Positions 25,501-34,958 are shown, numbered from the stretch's first letter. The stretch is DNA of 64,000 nt from Candidatus Nanoarchaeia archaeon (GCA_038874075.1 JAVZDD010000001.1:8701-72700), one strand, 5' to 3'. Program-made: numbers and translations. The notes: generated from the sequence alone by a model not told the origin.

Positions 25501-27680
25501 CGATAGATACAACAGAAATGATCCTTGTGAATTCAAGTGGTGATTTCTCAAACTGGACGATCACATATCCCCATAACTGGGGTTCTACATTGTTGAGGGG
25601 AAGATATGATGTGATAGTATACTCAATGGACAACACGGGTGCAATTAACAATGTGACTGGAAACTTCACAATACATGCAAACTTATCGATAATAATGAGG
25701 ACTGGAGCTAGTTCATATTTCCAAGGCGAAAATGGCATTATAAGATACAATGTATACGACTCAAATCAAATACCACTACAAAATGTGAGTGTTTGGATAA
25801 ATATTACAGATCCTGAAGGTAATCGATTGCAAATAATACCTTCCTCTCCATATATCACAAATTCAAACGGTACACTGGATTATTTGCCTCAATTTGAAAT
25901 CACTTCGGATGCGAAGCCTGGAAATTATACTTTAAGTTCATATTCCTCATTCTTTGACCCCATCACAAACACAAGTACAAACAAGATGAATTCAACAATC
26001 TTCTTCGTTTATCCGGTGCTTAGTGCTGATTTCATCACTGTGATCAATTGGTTTCCCAACAATTTGATGCGTTTTATAATATCTACCTATGAAAGAGGCA
26101 TACCCGCTGATCCTGAACAAATGAATTTGGTTGTTTATGACCCAAATTTGGTTGTATATATAAATGCTTCTTCGCTCAATAACTTTACAAGAAGGAGTGT
26201 TGGGTCTTACATTTTTGCGTACATGATGCCATCAAGTCCACCATTGGGACAATACACTGCCTTTCTGAATGTATCAAAAGATGGATTCAGGATTGAGAAA
26301 ACAATTGTCTTCAACGTGGTTCAGGGTCCCCAGTTGATTTTGTATGATATCATATTGATGCTCTTAAAGTCAGAGGTAAATCAAAGTGAAAATCTACCCT
26401 TTGAACTCACGATCATAAACAAAGGTAATGTAAATCAAGATGTTTATGTTGATTATTGGATAAGTACGAGCCCTCTTGGGATACCTTGTAGCAATTGCTG
26501 GGTTGCAAAAAATGCAGATGTTGTATTTGTACCGGTAAATTCGAGTGTCACGTTAAGTAGAAGTGCACCAATTTATTCAACACAAGCTCCAGGTACTTAT
26601 TATTTAAACACAAATGTGACTTATGGAATCAATTTTACTGATTCAAAGACGATCCAACAATCAAAGAGTTTTATTGTTAGAGGAGCCCAGCCAACGAATG
26701 TAACACCAATTACGAACATTACACCTCTCTTGATCATTCCAAATCCAAGAATAAGCATCATTGGTTATCCATCAGTTATTGATATTGAGAAAGGATGGAC
26801 AAAATATGTAAGTGTTGAAATTAAGAATGTTGGTAATACAAATCTAAATAATATTTCACTTCAGATTGCCGGAATTCCTTTTTCATGGTTTGAAATAACA
26901 CCAAGCTTAATTGGCATCTTGTATCCAGAAAATTCAACCACATTTTTGATAAAAATTTCTCCTCCAAGTGATACTGAAACGGCTGAATTCAACGTTACAT
27001 TGATAGTCACATCTGACTTGGCAAGTGATAGTAAAAGATTTGTTTTGGGTGTTTTTTCCACTTTACAAGAGATGTTAAAGAGACAGATAAGTAGATTATG
27101 GGAACAATATAATCTGGTGAGGGGAAAAGCGGGTGTTGCTTCAAGCGAAGGAAAAAATGTTACTGCTGTACTTGATCTATTAAACCAGGCAAAGATGGCG
27201 CTTGAGAATGCTGAGAACTATTTGAACATGAAGATGTACGATGAATGCATCGCTTCGATTGGAAGAGCTAGAGATTTGATAGATAAGGCTGAGCAAGCAC
27301 TTTTAATTGCTCCTGTCATACGTGTCATTCCGGAGAAACCAGTTGAAGTATTACCAAACTGGATTCCATACATATTTTCGTTCTTGTCACTACTCATTTT
27401 AATTATTGTTTTAACGATGATCATATTTTATTTATTAAAGAGAAAAAGAGAGGAAGAGATAAGACCTAGCATTGAAGAGATAAAAAGGGTTAAGGAAGTG
27501 ATTGAAAGGGAACCAAAAGATATACTTGAGAGAAAAAGGGATGCGATCAAAGAAGCATTAAAAGTGATTGAAAGGGAGCATAGGATGGGTCTATTATCAA
27601 CTGAGAGTTATGGTGAATTGAAAAGAAAGAATGAGGAGAAGCTAGCAATTATTGAAAGAAAACTTAAAGGTGAATATTGA
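22542..27680 (+). CDS. Second giant surface protein (1712 aa) with signal peptide, N-terminal DUF2341-like domain, the shared A/B/C module, Ig-like repeats, a C-terminal TM helix and a cytoplasmic coiled-coil tail
   Basis: Signal peptide MLRSWKRLVILAIWCLFLISFSKA; WWNTSFHYRVPVNIS...EWPIEIRINF (DUF2341-like); N-x-S/T sequons throughout; module with TIAWMNPDGS and LGNDPVSNISF; TM WIPYIFSFLSLLILIIVLTMIIFYLL (27361-27440) then KRKREEE... coiled coil. Confidence 0.8.
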   Translation: MLRSWKRLVILAIWCLFLISFSKAEWWNTSFHYRVPVNISTGNYNRTEWPIEIRINFTQLIYDLKGRYEIFDNNSIRVIEYDSDGYVINDNNGLGIVSQFDEDEDYDATYNAVGELVFLLNGTTPANTTRYFYIYFDTMENQKQPPSYQTNLTYVWDDEEFNVNNSIYRLWIDTLRNDNTSGIYKVNFTDGRLLTEIAPSGRTLEYVSYWNSTNQFMYNLSHQMKILYAGPVRIVVEQLGNESLWNSNVQTNQTKLRKKYVFYEKNQWIRINETLSNVHTTDIDRCSNDPTYIPGAPGTSDYIYALAIDARRGNFYGNAYVINDWVSVFNSSTAVGMGVILLYNSTPNYFVDYSDTWGRIGVQLDNTTIPINESISFSAILYFNNISSHSPIEELRNRVFAPVSISMGNASAWYINITTITNHDVYNRKEMVSIIANVTSDPWNLVNYVNATLDLNSLLMQLTYAGFKYYTGNYTFANNDTTGVWNITTIAYDSSWQFLNQSSKLINLTDIYNMNLTIRNKYGPISRKLITDVGIKNYRNDTNIVGIPQSNFSCNLTILEFSEIGNGLYNLNFTAPIEIGNYTLFCNINFNGNVGNSTDSYITEENKTQVSIELLPDNITATNITSTNSQIFEMNLTAINLRNGTAYKANITISLPTNWSATQTFFNCGDIAPSNNCTIYFNVTIPSKTHSGNYVVNATIAWMNPDGSINQTSDFSNVNVTSNITLYIPENELIAVVEHGRNMQIGNFTLNSLGNDPVSNISFSYQIAENISIIFTPSDISYLDSGESIVVFVNVSVPAGYAPGNYIGNITIDTENDGSKTLLLNIDVPLNRTWTRIPSACYKYIAAPVGFACNITINNTGNAELNFTIHPNATSDSMVNQTWPNVTSIFLEKQTSYVLPIFYNITGLNNGTFQTTYTITANQSDAIPQNLTTIVNITISLGPEINITIYPSLTEQMSDIVINASLYDRSYTGISWVKINVTRPNGTIDTTEMILVNSSGDFSNWTITYPHNWGSTLLRGRYDVIVYSMDNTGAINNVTGNFTIHANLSIIMRTGASSYFQGENGIIRYNVYDSNQIPLQNVSVWINITDPEGNRLQIIPSSPYITNSNGTLDYLPQFEITSDAKPGNYTLSSYSSFFDPITNTSTNKMNSTIFFVYPVLSADFITVINWFPNNLMRFIISTYERGIPADPEQMNLVVYDPNLVVYINASSLNNFTRRSVGSYIFAYMMPSSPPLGQYTAFLNVSKDGFRIEKTIVFNVVQGPQLILYDIILMLLKSEVNQSENLPFELTIINKGNVNQDVYVDYWISTSPLGIPCSNCWVAKNADVVFVPVNSSVTLSRSAPIYSTQAPGTYYLNTNVTYGINFTDSKTIQQSKSFIVRGAQPTNVTPITNITPLLIIPNPRISIIGYPSVIDIEKGWTKYVSVEIKNVGNTNLNNISLQIAGIPFSWFEITPSLIGILYPENSTTFLIKISPPSDTETAEFNVTLIVTSDLASDSKRFVLGVFSTLQEMLKRQISRLWEQYNLVRGKAGVASSEGKNVTAVLDLLNQAKMALENAENYLNMKMYDECIASIGRARDLIDKAEQALLIAPVIRVIPEKPVEVLPNWIPYIFSFLSLLILIIVLTMIIFYLLKRKREEEIRPSIEEIKRVKEVIEREPKDILERKRDAIKEALKVIEREHRMGLLSTESYGELKRKNEEKLAIIERKLKGEY

Positions 27681-27693
27681 TTTAGGTGAGCAA

Positions 27694-28404
27694 ATGGTAA
27701 GGATAATAGGTGTGATATCTGGTAAGGGTGGAGTTGGTAAGACAACGGTCGTTGCTAATCTTGGACTAGCGCTTACTACAAAATTCAATAAAGAAGTGAT
27801 AATCATCGATTGTAACATTACAACATCTCATTTGGGTCTATACTTTGGTTTACATAGCGTGACAACGACATTAAACAATGTATTAAGGGGAGAAGCGATC
27901 ATTGAGGATGCAATTTATATGCATGAAAGTGGATTAAAAATCGTTCCTGCCTCTTTGGCAGCACATGATTTGATTGGTGTTGACATCATCATGCTTGAAA
28001 AAACATTGGAAAGATTATTCGGAAAGGCTGATTTTGTATTATTGGATTCTGCGCCTGGTCTTGGTAGGGAGGCATATGGTACAATAATTGCGAGCAAAGA
28101 AGTAATAATGGTCACGATTCCATATTCACCAGCAATAATTGATTTAATCAGATGTAATCAAGTGATCAAGGAGCTTGGTCCAAGGGCCCTTGGCATCGTA
28201 TTGAACATGGTCACTAGGGACAGATATGAGCTAACGGAGGAGGAAGTAAGTAATATCGTTGGGTTACCTGTGATCGGATCGATACCATATGATAAAAACA
28301 TACTGAAATCCCTTGCATTGAGAACACCTTTACTTAACTATAAACCAAAATCTAGAGCAAGTAAAGAGTTCATAAAACTTGCGAATAGGATTTTAGAACT
28401 ATAA
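27694..28404 (+). CDS. minD: MinD/ParA-family (SIMIBI) ATPase
   Basis: Deviant Walker A GKGGVGKTT near the N-terminus (MVRIIGVISGKGGVGKTTVVANLG), Walker B FVLLDSAPG; ATG at 27694 has a GGTGA Shine-Dalgarno-like motif 7 nt upstream, and the in-frame extension to 27652 overlaps the upstream gene. Confidence 0.85.
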   Translation: MVRIIGVISGKGGVGKTTVVANLGLALTTKFNKEVIIIDCNITTSHLGLYFGLHSVTTTLNNVLRGEAIIEDAIYMHESGLKIVPASLAAHDLIGVDIIMLEKTLERLFGKADFVLLDSAPGLGREAYGTIIASKEVIMVTIPYSPAIIDLIRCNQVIKELGPRALGIVLNMVTRDRYELTEEEVSNIVGLPVIGSIPYDKNILKSLALRTPLLNYKPKSRASKEFIKLANRILEL

Positions 28405-29490
28405 TCTCATTAATTCATCTTTTATTTTCTTTGCCTCATCTTCGAACATCTTCTGTAAGTTACTTACCTGTTCTCCTGTCTTTGAAATTTTTGTGTTTAA
28501 TTCATTTATTTTATCTGTGATCAATGTTATCTGCTGATTGAAATTCAAAATTTTCTCTTCATTTGCGGAGATCCTCTTGTTAATTTTGTCTATATCGTTT
28601 CCAAGTCTCTCAATTATTTCAGAAAACTTCTTGCCGTAATCCCTCATTTCGCTTTCCGTCTCCCCAATCTTCTGCACCGAAGCTTTTTGCTTCTCAATCG
28701 CCCCTTTCAATTCATCTATGTCCTTCCTTATGGAATCAAGCTGATCTGACACAAGTGAGAAATTAGATTGAAAATTCTTAAATAAATCTGCAATCTTTGC
28801 TTTACTCACTTCCTCTATGTGTTTTTGTAATTCTGTCTCAAATTTTGATGTCTCACTCTTCATTTCTTCTACTAATTTTTTTGCAATTGAAACTAATTCC
28901 TTCTCCACACGTTCCTTAACTGCATTCTTTATCCTTTCTTCCTTAAATTTGAAAATTTTTTTCAAATCCAATATTTCTTCATTTATTTTTTCAATTGCTC
29001 TTTTAGATTGTTTGGCTTCGTCTTGTAGTGTTGTGAGCGTCTCCTCAACCTTCAAAACTCTGTCCTGAACTTTTCTAATTTCTGTATGGGTATTTTTATA
29101 CTCATCGTCGCTTGCTTTCTTTATTTCGTTTATGAGCTTCTCTATATCTTCAAAACTTTTTTCTGTGGTAATTGCTTCTGGCTTTCTTTCTATTGGTATC
29201 ACTCCTTCTTGTTGTTGGACTTTCCTATTAAGAAGTTTTCTTGATATTGCATCAAGTTGGGAAGAAATTTGATTTATTTTTTCTGACTGCATGTTTGATG
29301 CATTTTTCAATTGTTGAATCTCTGGGAGTGAGGATAATGAATTCTCAATCTTCAATAATCTTTCATTCATCGCTGTTATTTGATTTCTTACTTCATCTAT
29401 CTCCTTCTGCCTCAAAGATTTTAACTTTCTCCTGAACTTCTCTTCTATTTTTTCATATTCCTTGATCCATTCTGGAATTTCTTCTTCCAT
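28399..29490 (-). CDS. Coiled-coil protein (E/K/Q-rich), convergent to minD
   Basis: 363 aa of near-continuous heptad-like repeat, no TM, no catalytic motif. Confidence 0.5.
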   Translation of the reverse strand: MEEEIPEWIKEYEKIEEKFRRKLKSLRQKEIDEVRNQITAMNERLLKIENSLSSLPEIQQLKNASNMQSEKINQISSQLDAISRKLLNRKVQQQEGVIPIERKPEAITTEKSFEDIEKLINEIKKASDDEYKNTHTEIRKVQDRVLKVEETLTTLQDEAKQSKRAIEKINEEILDLKKIFKFKEERIKNAVKERVEKELVSIAKKLVEEMKSETSKFETELQKHIEEVSKAKIADLFKNFQSNFSLVSDQLDSIRKDIDELKGAIEKQKASVQKIGETESEMRDYGKKFSEIIERLGNDIDKINKRISANEEKILNFNQQITLITDKINELNTKISKTGEQVSNLQKMFEDEAKKIKDELMRL

Positions 29491-29576
29491 AATAATTTAT
29501 TGTTTTAAAAACTTAAAACCTTTACTTACTACTCTATTTAGAAAATTTTATTATTGGTAGTAACAAATTAAAAAAT

Positions 29577-30407
29577 ATGCCTGCGAATTTACCACCTGAA
29601 TACTACAAAGCAGAGAAAGAATATAAAAAAATTAAAGGAACCAAGGAAAAGATAGAGTTCCTGAAGAAAATGATATCGTTAATACCGTTGCACAAAGGTA
29701 GCGAGAAGCATGTGGCACAGTTAAAACAGAGATTATCAAAGTTAAGAGAAAAGCTTGAGCGTGAAGAGGAGCAGAAGAAAATAGTCAGTAGAAAAAGTTT
29801 TGGAATAAAGAAAGAGGGTGCTGCCCAGGTTTGCTTGGTGGGATTACCAAACACTGGAAAATCGTTCATTTTGAATAAGTATTGTAATAAAAAGATTGAA
29901 TCGAGCGAAAAACCATTTGAGACAAAAATACCTCAAGTTGGAATGTTAGATTACAATGGGGTAAAAATACAGTTGATAGAAATACCAAGTTTCTTTGAGG
30001 GTTTTGCAGATAAAAATAGAGAAATGATGGCCATCATAAATAATTGTGATCTCGTAGTTGTTCTTGGAAACTATGAACCGATCGAGCGTGAATTTAAAAA
30101 AGCAAATATTAGCAAGAAAGTAATAAGAGCAAGTAGCAATGAAGTGATTGATGAGAAGATATGGAATTCGCTGGATTTAATTAGAGTATTCACAAAACCA
30201 GTTGGTAAGAAACCTGAAGATAAACCAATCACACTTAAAAAAGGATCAAATGTTTTTGATCTTGCGCAAAACATACATAAGGATTTTGTGAATAAATTCA
30301 AGTTTGCAAAGGTCTGGGGAAAGTCTGTAAAGTATGATGGTCAGTTCGTTGGTATGGACCATGTGCTCGAGGATGGTGACATTATAGAGTTCCATCTACA
30401 TAAGTGA
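29577..30407 (+). CDS. Shortened DRG-family GTP-binding protein with C-terminal TGS domain and degenerate G3/G4 motifs
   Basis: N-terminal helical region (HVAQLKQRLSKLREKL) as in DRG; G1 VGLPNTGKS; G3 position reads EIPS instead of DxPG; no NKxD found; C-terminal TGS-like LIRVFTKPVGKKPEDKPITLKKGSNVFDLAQNIHKDFVNKFKFAKVWGKSVKYDGQFVGMDHVLEDGDIIEF. Confidence 0.7.
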   Translation: MPANLPPEYYKAEKEYKKIKGTKEKIEFLKKMISLIPLHKGSEKHVAQLKQRLSKLREKLEREEEQKKIVSRKSFGIKKEGAAQVCLVGLPNTGKSFILNKYCNKKIESSEKPFETKIPQVGMLDYNGVKIQLIEIPSFFEGFADKNREMMAIINNCDLVVVLGNYEPIEREFKKANISKKVIRASSNEVIDEKIWNSLDLIRVFTKPVGKKPEDKPITLKKGSNVFDLAQNIHKDFVNKFKFAKVWGKSVKYDGQFVGMDHVLEDGDIIEFHLHK

Positions 30408-30411
30408 GAAT

Positions 30412-31014
30412 ATGGAAATTGGAAGAGGAGCTGAGGCGATATTGTTAAGAGAAGGTAATAAATTAGTCAAGCATCGCATAAAGAAAAGCTATAGGATTAG
30501 GGAGATAGATGAAGAATTAAGAAAAAGAAGAACAAAAAATGAGATGAAGCTCTTAAACGAAGCAAGAAGAATTGGTGTGAATGTACCAATGGTCGTGGGT
30601 GTCGATGAAAAAGAAATGAAGATAGAAATGGAGTTTTTGGAAGGAAAAGTGCTGAAAGAATGGTTGGATAAATTGGGGAAGGATAGGGAAAGCATTTGCA
30701 GAGAGATAGGGAGACAAATCGCATTGCTCCATAAGGCAAATATTATTCATGGAGATTTAACAACAAGTAACATGATTTTGAGTGATGGAAAAGTTTATTT
30801 TATTGATTTCGGGCTTGGTTTTTTTTCAAATAAAATTGAAGATAAAGCGTGTGACTTGCATCTCTTAAAAGAGGCATTGATAAGTGCGCATCACAATATT
30901 TGGAAAAAATGTTTTAATCTCATATTGAAGGCATACAAGAAAGAGCTTGGTAGCGAAGCTGATGACATATTCTTGAGACTTAAAGAAATTGGTAGTAGGG
31001 GTAGATATTTCTAA
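30412..31014 (+). CDS. bud32: Bud32/Kae1-associated atypical protein kinase (KEOPS subunit)
   Basis: 200 aa; kinase catalytic loop IHGDLTTSNMIL and DFG-equivalent YFIDFGLG; size and motifs of archaeal Bud32 (RIO-like). Confidence 0.8.
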   Translation: MEIGRGAEAILLREGNKLVKHRIKKSYRIREIDEELRKRRTKNEMKLLNEARRIGVNVPMVVGVDEKEMKIEMEFLEGKVLKEWLDKLGKDRESICREIGRQIALLHKANIIHGDLTTSNMILSDGKVYFIDFGLGFFSNKIEDKACDLHLLKEALISAHHNIWKKCFNLILKAYKKELGSEADDIFLRLKEIGSRGRYF

Positions 31015-31080
31015 GTGTTTATAGGACAATGTTTATAAAATTGGATAATATCAAATGAAAAGCTGTAGATAAAATAAATA

Positions 31081-31094
31081 AAATATTTAAATAT
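31081..31094 (+). promoter_or_regulatory. Candidate TATA box upstream of rps15
   Basis: aaatatttaaatat located 21-34 nt upstream of the ATG at 31115 in a 100-nt intergenic gap. Confidence 0.25.
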
Positions 31095-31114
31095 GTAAGT
31101 ATTGGAGTGATAGC

Positions 31115-31573
31115 ATGGCAAGAATACATACAGCAAGACATGGTAAACATGGATCAAAAAAACCGATAAAGAAGATACCGCCAAGCTGGCTTAGATACAA
31201 ACCTTTTGAAGTTGAAAAGTTGGTGGTTAAACTAGCAAAGGAAGGATATCAAAGTGCGCAGATAGGTAGTATTTTAAGAGACAAATATGGAATTCCAAGT
31301 GTTAAAAACATCACAAACAAAAAGATTACAAAGATAATGAAGGAAAATGAATGCTATTCAAAACTTCCTGAAGACCTAATAAATTTAATTAAAAAAGCTG
31401 TTAGGGTAAGAACGCATATTGAAAGGAATAAGAAAGACAAGGTTTCAAAGAGAAATCTAGTTCTAATTGAATCAAAGGTAAAGAGGCTTGAGAAATATTA
31501 TAAGAGAAAAGGTGTAATTCCAAGAACATGGACTTATGATCCGGAGAAAGCGAGATTGTTAGTTAGTGAATAA
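31115..31573 (+). CDS. rps15: 30S ribosomal protein S15 (uS15/S13e)
   Basis: [17 protein letters not shown]...PSWL N-terminus typical of archaeal S15P/S13e; conserved S15-RecJ-S3Ae neighbourhood. Confidence 0.85.
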   Translation: MARIHTARHGKHGSKKPIKKIPPSWLRYKPFEVEKLVVKLAKEGYQSAQIGSILRDKYGIPSVKNITNKKITKIMKENECYSKLPEDLINLIKKAVRVRTHIERNKKDKVSKRNLVLIESKVKRLEKYYKRKGVIPRTWTYDPEKARLLVSE

Positions 31574-32975
31574 AATGTCTATTTCTGATTTTAAATTAAG
31601 AATTAATGAAATTGCAAGGGAAGTGAATAAGTACTTAGAAAATGTTGAGACTGTGCGAGTCATATCTCACTACGATACAGATGGTATTTGTGCGGCAAGC
31701 ATCATTTGTAAGATGTTGCTCAGAAAAAACAAAAAATTTCATATCTCACTAATAAAGCAACTTGAAAAAGAAAAAATAGCTGAACTTGAGAAAGAAACCT
31801 ACAGTTTCTTTATTTTTACTGATTTGGGTGCTGGACAAATTGAAAATCTGATAAATCTATCAAAGTCAAGTAAAATACTCATACTCGATCACCATCAATT
31901 AAAAGATTCTATCAACAATGAAAACATAATCCATATAAACCCACATTTATTTAACATCGATGGTTCAGAAATATCTGGTGCAGGCGTATCTTATCTGTTT
32001 ACTAAAGAAATTGATGAAAAAAATTCAGATTTGGTCCATCTTGCAATAATTGGAGCTATAGGTGACAGACAGGAAAAAGATGGTAAATTCTTTGGAATCA
32101 ATGAGATGTTATTAAGCGAAGCAGTCAATTCAAATATAATGGAAGTGAAAAAAGGACTGAGAATTTTTGGTAGAGTATCCAGACCCATACACATTGTTTT
32201 ACAGTATTCAACAGATCCATTTATCCCTGGCGTTTCTGGAAATGAATCTGGTGCTGTACGTTTCCTCTCAGACATTGGGATAAAGATAAAGGATGAAAGT
32301 GGACGCTGGAGAAGAATGTGTGATTTGAGTGAAGAGGAAGAAAGAAAGTTAGTCACTGCTGTTATAATGCGCAGGTTGGATACTTCGGAAAAACCTGAAG
32401 ATGTGCTTGGAAATGTTTATACGATTAAGGGTGCATCTGACATTCTTTCTGATGCACATGAATTTTCATCTCTGCTAAATGCTTGCGGCAGGATGAACTC
32501 AGCAAGTATTGGGGTAATGCTCTGTATTGGAAGCAATGGAAATTTGATTGAGAATGTGAGAGAAATAATGCAACAATATAAAATCAAGATACTAAACGCA
32601 TTGAATTGGGTATTGGAGAATTTGAATAACAAAGAAAGGATAATCACAACAGATAAATGTTTTTATATCATTGGTAAAGGAGACATAGACGATAACATTA
32701 TCGGTACAGTCTGTTCAATCATACTTGAATCTGGAACAATAACAACAAAAAGGATAATCGTGGGTTTTGCAAACAGGGAAAATAAAGTTAAAGTTTCTAT
32801 AAGATCTAAGGATGAATATGTGAACATTGGAAAAATATGTGGCCAAATTGCAAAAAAATTAAACTTTGAAGGTGGAGGTCATAAACATGCCGGTGGAGCT
32901 AGAATAAATTTAAATAGTGAGAAAGAGTTTATAAATGAGTTTGAAAAGTATTTAAATGAAGATTTACAGAAATAA
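31566..32975 (+). CDS. DHH-family phosphoesterase, archaeal RecJ/Cdc45/GAN-like nuclease
   Basis: DHH motifs [16 protein letters not shown] and ILILDHHQ; DHHA1 motif [12 protein letters not shown] near the C-terminus; 469 aa. Confidence 0.8.
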   Translation: MNKMSISDFKLRINEIAREVNKYLENVETVRVISHYDTDGICAASIICKMLLRKNKKFHISLIKQLEKEKIAELEKETYSFFIFTDLGAGQIENLINLSKSSKILILDHHQLKDSINNENIIHINPHLFNIDGSEISGAGVSYLFTKEIDEKNSDLVHLAIIGAIGDRQEKDGKFFGINEMLLSEAVNSNIMEVKKGLRIFGRVSRPIHIVLQYSTDPFIPGVSGNESGAVRFLSDIGIKIKDESGRWRRMCDLSEEEERKLVTAVIMRRLDTSEKPEDVLGNVYTIKGASDILSDAHEFSSLLNACGRMNSASIGVMLCIGSNGNLIENVREIMQQYKIKILNALNWVLENLNNKERIITTDKCFYIIGKGDIDDNIIGTVCSIILESGTITTKRIIVGFANRENKVKVSIRSKDEYVNIGKICGQIAKKLNFEGGGHKHAGGARINLNSEKEFINEFEKYLNEDLQK

Positions 32976-33546
32976 AGTGAAGAAAATGGTAAAGGCACTG
33001 AAGACAAAGAAAAAAGAATGGTATACCATACATGCACCAAAAGTATTTAATGAGATAGAGATAGGTGAAACGCTTGCTGATGATCCAAACAAAATAATTG
33101 GTAGGAGTATATACACAAACATTAGCAATTTGATTGGTGATTTCACAAAGGATTACATGAAGCTCCGATTGAAGATAAATGAAATTAAGGACCATGATGC
33201 TTATACAATCATTGACTCATTCATGCTCGCAACCCCATATCTGTTAAGATTAATTAGGCGAAGAACTTCTAAACTTGATATCGTTGAAAAGGTGGAGACT
33301 AAAGACAATAAGAAACTTGTGGTCAAGACATGGCTCATCACGTTCAGAAAAACACAAGCACCAAAGAGAACAAAATTAAGAAAGTTTTTTGTGACTGAGA
33401 TAAAAAAGATTGCAAAAGAGAATACATACGATGCGCTGATTCTTAACATTATAACAGGTAAAATACAGAAGGACTTGATGAATAAAATGAAAGTAATATA
33501 TCCATTAAGACATTTGGAAATTAGGAACACCAAATTATTAAAATGA
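32956..33546 (+). CDS. rps3ae: 30S ribosomal protein S3Ae (eS1)
   Basis: [36 protein letters not shown]... characteristic S3Ae N-terminus; 196 aa. Confidence 0.85.
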   Translation: MKIYRNKVKKMVKALKTKKKEWYTIHAPKVFNEIEIGETLADDPNKIIGRSIYTNISNLIGDFTKDYMKLRLKINEIKDHDAYTIIDSFMLATPYLLRLIRRRTSKLDIVEKVETKDNKKLVVKTWLITFRKTQAPKRTKLRKFFVTEIKKIAKENTYDALILNIITGKIQKDLMNKMKVIYPLRHLEIRNTKLLK

Positions 33547-34958
33547 TAAAACTTTTTGATACTTTTACTCGAAAAAAAAGAAAATTTGTTCCAATAGAGA
33601 AGGGCAAAGTGCGCATGTATTGTTGTGGATTAACGGTTTACAATTATGCGCACATTGGAAATTTGAGGACATATATTTTCGAAGATGTGCTTAGAAGAAT
33701 GTTTGAATATAATGGTTTCCAAGTGATACATGTAATGAATGTGACCGATGTCGGTCACCTAACTTCTGATGCTGACACTGGTGAAGATAAGGTAGAGATG
33801 GGTGCAAAAAGGGAGGGAAAGACTGCCTGGGAAATTGCTGAATTTTACACGAAGGCTTTTCTTCTTGATATGGAGCGATTGAATATCTTGAAACCAACAA
33901 TCTTGTGTAAAGCAACTGACCACATAAAAGAAATGATTGAATTAATAAAAAAACTTGAAGAGAAAGGATACACTTACTTGACGGATGATGGTCTTTATTA
34001 TGACACATCAAAATTCAAGGAATATGGAAAGTTAACTGGAATGACATTCAAGGAATTAAATGAGAAATTGAAGGCTGGAGCAAGAGTTGAATTCAATCCA
34101 CAAAAAAGAAATATAACTGATTTTGCGCTCTGGAAATTTTCACCAAAGGACAAAAAAAGACAGATGGAGTGGGATTCTCCCTGGGGTGTAGGATTCCCTG
34201 GATGGCACATTGAGTGTACCGCGATGAGCATGAAATACCTTGGCGAGCACTTTGATATACATTGTGGTGGTATAGACCACATTCCGATACATCATACAAA
34301 TGAAATAGCACAAGCAGAAGCAGCGACTGGAAAAAAATTTGTTAATTACTGGCTACATGGTGCTTTTCTCGTATTGGGTCCAGGAATCAAAATGGCAAAA
34401 TCTGCCGGGAATTTCATTACATTGCAGACATTGATTGACAATGGGTACGATCCACTAGCATACCGTTATTTGTGCTTAACAGCACATTATCGCTCGGAAC
34501 TCAAGTTTGAGTTTGAAAATATGAAAGCTGCGATGAATTCACTTTCCACATTGCGCGAGAATGTAAGGATAATGAAAGGCAATCTAGAGAGTAAAGTAAA
34601 CAAGAGGAAAATAGCAAAATACAAGAAAGAATTCTTAAATGCGATTAATGACGATCTAAACATGCCACTTGCGCTTTCAATTCTGTGGAAAGTAGTAAGA
34701 AGCAAAGAATTGAATAATCAAGAAAAATATGAATTAGTATTGGACTTTGATAGGGTGCTCGGATTAAATTTGGATGTTGAAGTAAAGGTTGAATTAACAG
34801 AAGAGCAAAAAAGATTGATAGAGGAAAGAGAAAAAGCAAGAAAAGAAAAAGATTGGAAAACAGCAGATGAAATAAGGGAAAAGCTGCGAAAGCAAGGTAT
34901 AATCTTAGAAGACACAGATAAAGGTGTTGTGTGGAAGAAAATTCATTCTTCTTCGTAA
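33543..34958 (+). CDS. cysS: Cysteinyl-tRNA synthetase
   Basis: Class I motifs HIGN ([17 protein letters not shown]) and KMSKS (KMAKSAGNF); 471 aa. Confidence 0.9.
   Translation: MIKLFDTFTRKKRKFVPIEKGKVRMYCCGLTVYNYAHIGNLRTYIFEDVLRRMFEYNGFQVIHVMNVTDVGHLTSDADTGEDKVEMGAKREGKTAWEIAEFYTKAFLLDMERLNILKPTILCKATDHIKEMIELIKKLEEKGYTYLTDDGLYYDTSKFKEYGKLTGMTFKELNEKLKAGARVEFNPQKRNITDFALWKFSPKDKKRQMEWDSPWGVGFPGWHIECTAMSMKYLGEHFDIHCGGIDHIPIHHTNEIAQAEAATGKKFVNYWLHGAFLVLGPGIKMAKSAGNFITLQTLIDNGYDPLAYRYLCLTAHYRSELKFEFENMKAAMNSLSTLRENVRIMKGNLESKVNKRKIAKYKKEFLNAINDDLNMPLALSILWKVVRSKELNNQEKYELVLDFDRVLGLNLDVEVKVELTEEQKRLIEEREKARKEKDWKTADEIREKLRKQGIILEDTDKGVVWKKIHSSS

Noticed and set aside
27652-27693. N-terminal extension of MinD (MKENLKVNIDLGEQ...)
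   Set aside because: Extension overlaps the last codons of the upstream giant gene. The ATG at 27694 has a GGTGA ribosome-binding-like motif 7 nt upstream and gives the canonical MinD N-terminus directly before the GKGGVGKTT loop.
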